Below are positions 57,661 through 64,000 of a stretch of 64,000 nucleotides of DNA, piece after piece. The first letter of the stretch is position 1, and each line of letters starts with the position of its first letter. The translations under genes and the position numbers were made by a program. Under the pieces are notes generated by a model that was given only the letters and a program-made list of their open reading frames with translations, did not search any database and had not been told where the DNA came from. This DNA is from Nitrososphaerales archaeon. Its GTDB lineage: Archaea; Thermoproteota; Nitrososphaeria; Nitrososphaerales; UBA213. The stretch lies in contig CBDAOC010000018.1 of the NCBI GenBank assembly GCA_965197925.1, positions 224,001 to 288,000 of the forward strand, in the 5' to 3' direction.

Positions 57661-58344
57661 TTACTTATTGATTAGCTCAGCACTTAACTCAAAATAACCA
57701 CGAACACCATCCCAATGTTTTTTTCCTTGTTTTGCTTCTATACGCTTTCTGAATATCGGGCAGTCAAGAACAAAGGTTTCTCCTTCACCACCTTCAAATG
57801 CAATGCTGAATCTATATTTCTTGCTTAAACTCTCAAGCTCTCTCATTGCCGTGTAATCCAGTATACGTCCCAACCATTTCTCGTCCAAACCTTGTGCTGA
57901 AACGCCAACGATCATTATCACGAAATTATGCGCAAGGAGTTCCTGCATGTATTGGGTTTGATCAACACGCCAGCTTGGACTATAACACTTTAAACCAACT
58001 TTATTACAAATTCTGCGAAAATTGGCCCATTGGAACTCACTTGCCAAGGCACCAGTTAATACACCATCAATGTCGAAAGACGTTTTTGCTCTTATTAATG
58101 CCTGTTCGAGCGCATCAAGCTCCTGTTCCTTACTGTTGCACCTTGACTTCGTAATTATCAATGGTGTGCCTAAACATTCTGCATGGTAAGATGTGAAGTA
58201 AGCGTTAGGATAATGAAAGAATAAACTATCATCTCTTTCTGGTAATATTGTAATCAAGCATTTTACTTGATGGTGTTCCTTTAGAGCCTTGTAAACTGAA
58301 AATGTACTATCCTTTCCACCAGAGTACAATGCCGCAAGCTTCAT
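57661..58344 (-). CDS. dph6: Diphthine-ammonia ligase
   Basis: SGGKDS, FEGGEGETFVLDCP. Confidence 0.88.
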   Translation of the reverse strand: MKLAALYSGGKDSTFSVYKALKEHHQVKCLITILPERDDSLFFHYPNAYFTSYHAECLGTPLIITKSRCNSKEQELDALEQALIRAKTSFDIDGVLTGALASEFQWANFRRICNKVGLKCYSPSWRVDQTQYMQELLAHNFVIMIVGVSAQGLDEKWLGRILDYTAMRELESLSKKYRFSIAFEGGEGETFVLDCPIFRKRIEAKQGKKHWDGVRGYFELSAELINK

Positions 58345-58685
58345 CTCGTATTATAATCTAATTTTACAGGCCATCTATATCTTTTCCTTTAATTAGTCGA
58401 GATTCTGGTATAATCCTTCTGATAGTAGTTTCTTTTACTATTGCAGATAGGGTACATCCTCCCCTGCAGCATAATTCAAGCAACTTTACATGTTCTTCTT
58501 CTGTTAATTTAGTGACAAAACTCGTGGAGTCATTGTAGACCTAATAGACTAAAGCTAAACCATGGTCTAGATGTTTCTGCGCTAATTCAATCTCAGTGTT
58601 ATCTTTTCTAACGCTTCCAGAAGATAGTTGAGAGAATGAATCCGTTCAAAGTGCACACATTCTATGTTGTTTTCCATACAACCAT

Positions 58686-58984
58686 GCATTATTACAGTTC
58701 TATCAATCTGAACTTGGGTAGTACATACACTCTCTCAGGAGCGTAAGCATTGAACCTTTGTTAGAGCATATGAAGGATGTATTTGCAATCGATCCATTAC
58801 CAGTTAGAAGGTTCTAAATAGCAAGGAGTATAATGCTGCTATCAGTATTGTTGTATCAGGTAATGGTTTACTACAACTATCTAGCAAGAAGACCATTAAG
58901 AGAAATGAAGTATATGTTGGGCAGTTAGTTAAACTGCATCCATATGGGGCAGATATTCTTATTGCTTAATTATTCCCAACCCTC
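58686..58984 (+). mobile_element. Divergent 3' remnant of lineage G IS
   Basis: Homology to transposase C-terminus; right end aattattcccaaccctc. Confidence 0.8.
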
Positions 58985-59232
58985 AGTTAGTTATTCTAAA
59001 AGTTTTTCTAATGTATCAAGATCTCGATATTTTGAATTTTATGCTGATAAGGATCTATTCCACAAATAATAATTATCCACTATCTCCCATTTTTCCAAAG
59101 TATTATGAAGGTGCTATCATAGAACTAGAGTGTTCTGCATCAAAACTTTTCTTGTGTTATGTAATGATCTGAACGATCGTTACTGAGTATAATCAGGGGC
59201 AGTCCATATATCTTTCTGCCTCTAACAATATT

Positions 59233-59647
59233 TTAACCCTTTACCCTTACTACCATGGTTCTATCAAGCACCTTCCAGTATTCTACTTCTACTCCTTGTT
59301 GTATCTTGGGCTTTGCATTTTCATCAATTGCTTTGGTATCAAAGACCTCGAAGGTTTCAAGATCCATGATCTGTAAGTTATCATCTGTCATTGCTATAAT
59401 CTGCCCATTTCTCTTATCTATGAGAGGAGTCTCTACATTAGAATCTACGGGAGAAACAAGGCTTCTTCTAGTGCCATCAAACACACCTATGCCAACAACC
59501 CTTGCCTTTGCAGAACCATGCTATCTGGGCAGTTCAATACTGCATTCCAGGCTTGCTTTTATCATAGGATACGATCCTGCAGGGCTCTTCATCAATTAGT
59601 ATGTAAGATCCTTCCTTCAAACTTCCAAGATCTACTGGCTTACTCAT
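59233..59647 (-). CDS. eif5a: Translation factor aIF5A, two exons (59545-59647 and 59233-59522), 130 aa after splicing
   Basis: [51 protein letters not shown]...; 415 nt minus 22 nt = 393 nt open frame. Confidence 0.93.
59523..59544 (-). other. 22-nt BHB-type intron in aIF5A mRNA
   Basis: GC-CTGG-AA^T-GCAGT-ATTGA-ACTGC-CCAG-AT^A-GC. Confidence 0.88.
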
Positions 59648-60330
59648 ATTATTCACAAACATAGTTGTGATATTTAACATTTACACATTTAGAAATATCC
59701 ATACTTTGAAGAACTCTTAAGTGATTCCAAATCAAGATATACATCGCACTGTTTCCCTTTAGTATATATGAAATCTAATTAAGAAATCTATCTTCTAATT
59801 TTGCTTTTCCGCATTATGGAAGTCATTCATATTATTCACTACTTTCTCCATAAGGCTTTGAGTTACATAAAAGACAAAGAAACACTAAACAATTTTTACT
59901 CTGGCTCGTATATAAAGAATTCATTCTTAGAATGTATTGCAAGTTCTGTATTCCGCATAACTTCGCGTATCAAACTTCTATTCTTCTGATTGTTTGTAGT
60001 TGACACAGATATACCAACAGCCCTTACACCTTGATATATTCTTGCCCAAGCCGGTATGGAGGACATTTCCTTATTCCTATGCTAATAATTCCCAGCATTC
60101 CCTATGACGAGTATCAAGTTTTCAATGACTCCAATCTCTAGATATGAAACATTTTTTTCATATCCTGGTGAGGTTAAAGGACTCGTAAATTGACCACTAA
60201 AGATTCTGATTAGAGGATAATGTTACTACAAAGCCACAATCCAAGAGAATTACCGCAGAAAGCATCATCACCCAACTTGATTTAATACCAATATTCAATA
60301 TGAATACATATGTAGATAATGTTAATATTT

Positions 60331-60702
60331 TTATTCCTTAAGTTCTGAGAGAACAGAAAAACTTACTAGATTGTTAATGCTTATTCCCTTCCTTAGGATT
60401 TCCTTAAGGGTCCTTTCGCAGTACTTTCTATCACTTCTATGGCTTTTCTCGCTTTCTAACTCCAGTAGTACAATATCTTTTAAATAAGGAAATCTGAATT
60501 TTAAAGAGGGTTCAGATATTACCCCCATTTCCGTCAATGAAGCAGTTCTCAATCTTTCTCTCTTTCGTAAAAATACATATTCCATTTCATCAAGAGTATC
60601 CTGATCGTATGACTGTTTGATGAAATATATAGATAGATAATTCAATTTAGCCAACACTGGCGTCTGAAATAACAACTTCTTTTTGAAAAATACAAATGAC
60701 AT
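60331..60702 (-). CDS. Hypothetical protein
   Basis: ORF only. Confidence 0.4.
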   Translation of the reverse strand: MSFVFFKKKLLFQTPVLAKLNYLSIYFIKQSYDQDTLDEMEYVFLRKRERLRTASLTEMGVISEPSLKFRFPYLKDIVLLELESEKSHRSDRKYCERTLKEILRKGISINNLVSFSVLSELKE

Positions 60703-60717
60703 TTTATCTCCAGCATA

Positions 60718-60945
60718 TTAATTAAGTTCCTTTTTTACATATTCAAAATCCGAAAAAGATGCTAGCAAGTAGTAATTTGAGTAATTTGGAAAGTAAGATT
60801 TACCCTCAAGAGAGAACGTAGCCGTTGCAGAATATATTTCCTGTATATTATTAGATTCTTTCCAGATGTGCTCCAATGTTTTATAATCGATATTATTAGA
60901 ATTTGGTACGCAAATATATCCCCACATTATTGTCCATCTATACAA
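60718..60945 (-). CDS. Hypothetical protein
   Basis: ORF only; may be part of a broken gene with 60331-60702. Confidence 0.3.
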   Translation of the reverse strand: MYRWTIMWGYICVPNSNNIDYKTLEHIWKESNNIQEIYSATATFSLEGKSYFPNYSNYYLLASFSDFEYVKKELN

Positions 60946-61028
60946 TGCTATTCTAAATATAATAACCTTAGATTATATTTTTTTCAATGTAGGAACCCGA
61001 AGAGATTTAAAACGAGTAAATTACGTAT

Positions 61029-61068
61029 AATTTACCTTATATGGTTAAATTTACCTTATATGGTTAAA
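61029..61068. repeat. 19-bp tandem duplication (aatttaccttatatggtta x2)
   Basis: Direct reading. Confidence 0.85.
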
Positions 61069-61239
61069 AATTCAAGATATAATGTTAATCCTATTGAGTA
61101 TCATTTATAGCTTTAGTACATTTAAGATTTTCCAAGCAATTAGCACGTTTGTTAAACTTTGTAGTTGATGTTTGATTTCAGTTAGCAATTTAATCTAATA
61201 CAAAGTAACACAGTTTGGTTTAAGAAAATCCATCCCTTC

Positions 61240-61785
61240 GTCGTGTCGAATTATTACCATATTATAGCAGTTATCCAAACCCTTTTGGATTTATTGCAAT
61301 GAACATGTTGAATATGGATGCTTTTAGCATGTCCCTGTTTGCTACCTTTATGCCAGAGGAATCTGCAGTTATTACAATAACATCCTCCATAATTGATGGA
61401 TCTATCTAGATGTCCATCTTCGCTACTCTCCATACTATGTTTGTGAAGTGAGGTGCATTCAGTCCCTTTACATGTTTACTTACTTCACCCTTGTGAATCC
61501 TTCTAACTGCCTGTATGGTAGCAGGTAAGCATGTACAACAGAAAGCATCGCTAGGAATGATTCTGGATACAGGAATGGCGTGCCTACCTTACCTTCATTC
61601 ATTCTTACAAGCTCATCAGGCCATGAATTTATGAAATCCATATCAAAAAGTATCACTCCTCTCCTTACCAGGGCTTCATTGCAATCCTTCCAGTTCCATT
61701 CAGGTATGAATCTCAATGATAACAAGTGATCAAAATTTCATTCCATCTAATATTCACGATCTTCTAGTTGATGATTCGACACAGC
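61240..61785 (-). mobile_element. Internally deleted IS5-family (IS903/ISH1-like) element
   Basis: NW..CNEALVRRG, PYRQLEGF, DSSGIKVANR joined to C-terminal residues; gtgtcgaat inverted ends. Confidence 0.75.
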
Positions 61786-61793
61786 AAATAGTT

Positions 61794-62702
61794 CTATTGG
61801 GTATAAGAGTCACTAAGAGGGATACTCTTTGTGCTATTAGCAATGTGCCAGATAGGACTTCTTACATCTTTTGGAAACCTTGAAAGGTAAATAGGGAGTG
61901 AAACGTAGGCTATTGCTGTCGCGATCATACCTTTCGGATCTTGAAGTGCTTCCTTAATAGTTTCTTTGAAAATTAAGGAATGAGGCAATTTCAAGTTAAA
62001 TTTGTCGATATAGTCATTTATATGCGAATGTCCATTCACAGCTCTTACAACCTGGGATGCAAAATCAAGCATTCTACAAGCTGGTTTGAACCAAACTACA
62101 GCCTCATCGCAATAATAAATTTTGTAGCCAAACTCCATTACTATACACTGTAGGTACAGATCCGTCGCTATTATGTCAGGAACAGTTATCATTTTTGCTA
62201 AATCAGCATGAATAGATAATCCTCTACCCATGACTGTATACTGTGATAACATCTGCTTCCTGACACGCCTTAACCAGAATGCATTAAAGGATGATGCCTT
62301 CGCTGCAATACCTTTCTGATTTAGTGGTAATGGGTTCGAGGCACATATCCCAATATCATCCCTTAACTTCGATGTCAGCAAATGTGTAGTATCCTTACCA
62401 GGTAGTACATCCGCATCATACAAAACTATTGTATCACCTCGGGCATTCCTAAAAATCTCATTCCAGGCATTGGCAACGCCTCTTCTTCTATTGTGATGTA
62501 ATAATGATATATCAATTCGAGATTTTCTTGCAAAATCATTTACTAATTCGGGTGTATTATCCGTGGAATCATCAGAAATTATTATCTCATCTATTCTATT
62601 TTCTCCATCCATAACTTGAGCATCCAGCACTTCAAGTAGAATTCTTATGCTATTCTCTTCGTTGTATGATGGTATACCTACCGTAATCCGCATACTTTTC
62701 AA
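61794..62702 (-). CDS. Glycosyltransferase family 2
   Basis: GIPSYNEE, DDSTD.T, YDAD. Confidence 0.92.
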   Translation of the reverse strand: MKSMRITVGIPSYNEENSIRILLEVLDAQVMDGENRIDEIIISDDSTDNTPELVNDFARKSRIDISLLHHNRRRGVANAWNEIFRNARGDTIVLYDADVLPGKDTTHLLTSKLRDDIGICASNPLPLNQKGIAAKASSFNAFWLRRVRKQMLSQYTVMGRGLSIHADLAKMITVPDIIATDLYLQCIVMEFGYKIYYCDEAVVWFKPACRMLDFASQVVRAVNGHSHINDYIDKFNLKLPHSLIFKETIKEALQDPKGMIATAIAYVSLPIYLSRFPKDVRSPIWHIANSTKSIPLSDSYTQ

Positions 62703-62727
62703 AAACTAAACATTAATTTAACCTTCA

Positions 62728-62991
62728 CTAAGAAAGTTGGATACTGAATAGATTTGTACTTATGATCGAGCCATTTCGTGTAGTCTTCACCTTGGAAATT
62801 ACAATGTTATGAGCCCAAATTGTCACCATTATAGAACCATCTGGAATTCCTTCTGGTCGGTCGATAACTATCATGTCAGACATTTCAACACCACACTCCA
62901 CGAGTTTGTTCTTGCACTGAAGTACCAACTCTTCAGAATAGCCAGTATTGTAAAGGTAAACACTACCCTGATATTCGAGTCTATTAGTCAC
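62728..62991 (-). CDS. Hypothetical protein
   Basis: 87-aa ORF co-oriented with the GT2 gene. Confidence 0.6.
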   Translation of the reverse strand: MTNRLEYQGSVYLYNTGYSEELVLQCKNKLVECGVEMSDMIVIDRPEGIPDGSIMVTIWAHNIVISKVKTTRNGSIISTNLFSIQLS

Positions 62992-63077
62992 TAACTATCA
63001 GTTGAAAATAGTAGGAAAAAAATCTTTCATTTCGTGCTAGATAATTATTTATTTGTCTGCAAGGGTAGCACCTTAGT

Positions 63078-63219
63078 CCCGTGGTAGCTCAGCCTGGTAG
63101 AAGTTACTATCTGCCGAAAGCTTCCGGCTGTAGTGGTTGGCTTATAGCCGATCGGTCTCAGCGTACACAGGCTAACAGATACCGGACCGTCGCAGGTTCA
63201 ATTCCTGCCCACGGGACCA
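63078..63219 (+). tRNA. tRNA-Tyr(GTA) with two introns: 18 nt near 22/23 (63101-63118) and 47 nt at 37/38 (63134-63180)
   Basis: C1-G72 acceptor CCCGTGG/CCACGGG, TCCGG/CCGGA stem, loop CTGTAGA after splicing, encoded CCA; 142-65=77 nt. Confidence 0.92.
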
Positions 63220-63287
63220 AACTTCTATTGGACATGTATAATGAATTCATTCGTAATACACATAAATGGGGAAAAGGTAGAGCAGTT

Positions 63288-63785
63288 ATGAGAAAGGAAT
63301 ACGTTGTTGTAAGAATAGACGCAGCACCAGATGGGAGCCCACAAGTGTTTGTTGCACTTTCTGATCCTAAAGATGTTAAGGATAGGGGTCAAACACAAGT
63401 TGGTGGGACACAAATGATGGGCAGTTTCGGATCCATGGAAGATCTAATGAAGAACATAAACAAAATGTTTAGTAGCCAGATGATGGGTGGTTTTACAACT
63501 ACATTGAAATTTAGCATAAAAGAATACGAGGATTCAGGGATAAAGGTAGGGGATAAGGTCCATCTTGATGTGATAAAGCCTACAGGTGAAAGAGCATCAA
63601 ATGAGTTATTACTAAGTCCTGATCAGATGCAGAAATATGAAAGTGTGGTAAGCAACTTGAGCGATTTCGGTATTAAACCAAGTGAATGGTCTACCTTGCG
63701 GGATGATATTTTGAATATGATAAATAAAGGGGTGCCGGTAAGGGAGATTGCTGACTCAGTGACACGCAGAATAAAGGGAAAATAA
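63288..63785 (+). CDS. Hypothetical protein (true start 63288, not 63081)
   Basis: MRKEYVVVRID...EYEDSGIKVGDKV; the longer ORF overlaps the tRNA. Confidence 0.7.
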   Translation: MRKEYVVVRIDAAPDGSPQVFVALSDPKDVKDRGQTQVGGTQMMGSFGSMEDLMKNINKMFSSQMMGGFTTTLKFSIKEYEDSGIKVGDKVHLDVIKPTGERASNELLLSPDQMQKYESVVSNLSDFGIKPSEWSTLRDDILNMINKGVPVREIADSVTRRIKGK

Positions 63786-63870
63786 TTCTAGTCAATGTTT
63801 ATTGAGTTACGACTTTTCATTATATGAAAAGGCTAGGTAAACTTATATAATTGTAGTTAAACTGAAGGCT

Positions 63871-64000
63871 ATGAATGGTATACCTGTAATAGCGGTTTTT
63901 GCAGGGTTGTCGCTGTTACTAACAATGGTCTCAATTGATGCCTTTGCAAATGTTACAGATAAAAGAATGGTTACTAATATTTTACTAGACCAAATAGAGG
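63871..64000 (+). CDS. Secreted protein, 5' fragment
   Basis: MNGIPVIAVFAGLSLLLTMVSIDAFA signal peptide; TATA-like ttatataa upstream; open to window end. Confidence 0.55.
   Translation, partial: MNGIPVIAVFAGLSLLLTMVSIDAFANVTDKRMVTNILLDQIE

Noticed and set aside
59233..59647. aIF5A as an ordinary frameshifted pseudogene or IS footprint
   Set aside because: The insert has no target duplication, its ends coincide exactly with BHB cut sites, and both exons are otherwise intact
63081..63287. N-terminal extension of ORF 63081-63785
   Set aside because: Overlaps the tRNA-Tyr gene; ATG 63288 is the plausible start

Overview
Archaeal chromosomal window, most likely Nitrososphaerota (Thaumarchaeota), judged from the srp54-pus10-dph6-aIF5A-S24e/S27ae cluster, the sulfite reductase-rhodanese pair and multi-intron tRNAs. 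Standout: the aIF5A gene (59233-59647, minus) is split inside the codon for its hypusine lysine by a 22-nt insert that folds into a canonical bulge-helix-bulge (BHB). Cutting at the standard EndA positions restores SKPGKHGSAK exactly, so this looks like a tRNA-type intron in an essential protein-coding mRNA. The window also has a complete Thermoplasmatales-order V/A-ATPase operon (K-E-C-F-A-B-D-H-I), tRNA-Trp and tRNA-Tyr with two introns each, tRNA-Pro(GGG), about 14 IS copies or remnants from four lineages (one nested), a two-copy 140-bp MITE, and many pseudogenised accessory genes beside intact core genes. All calls were made by eye; no database searches were run.
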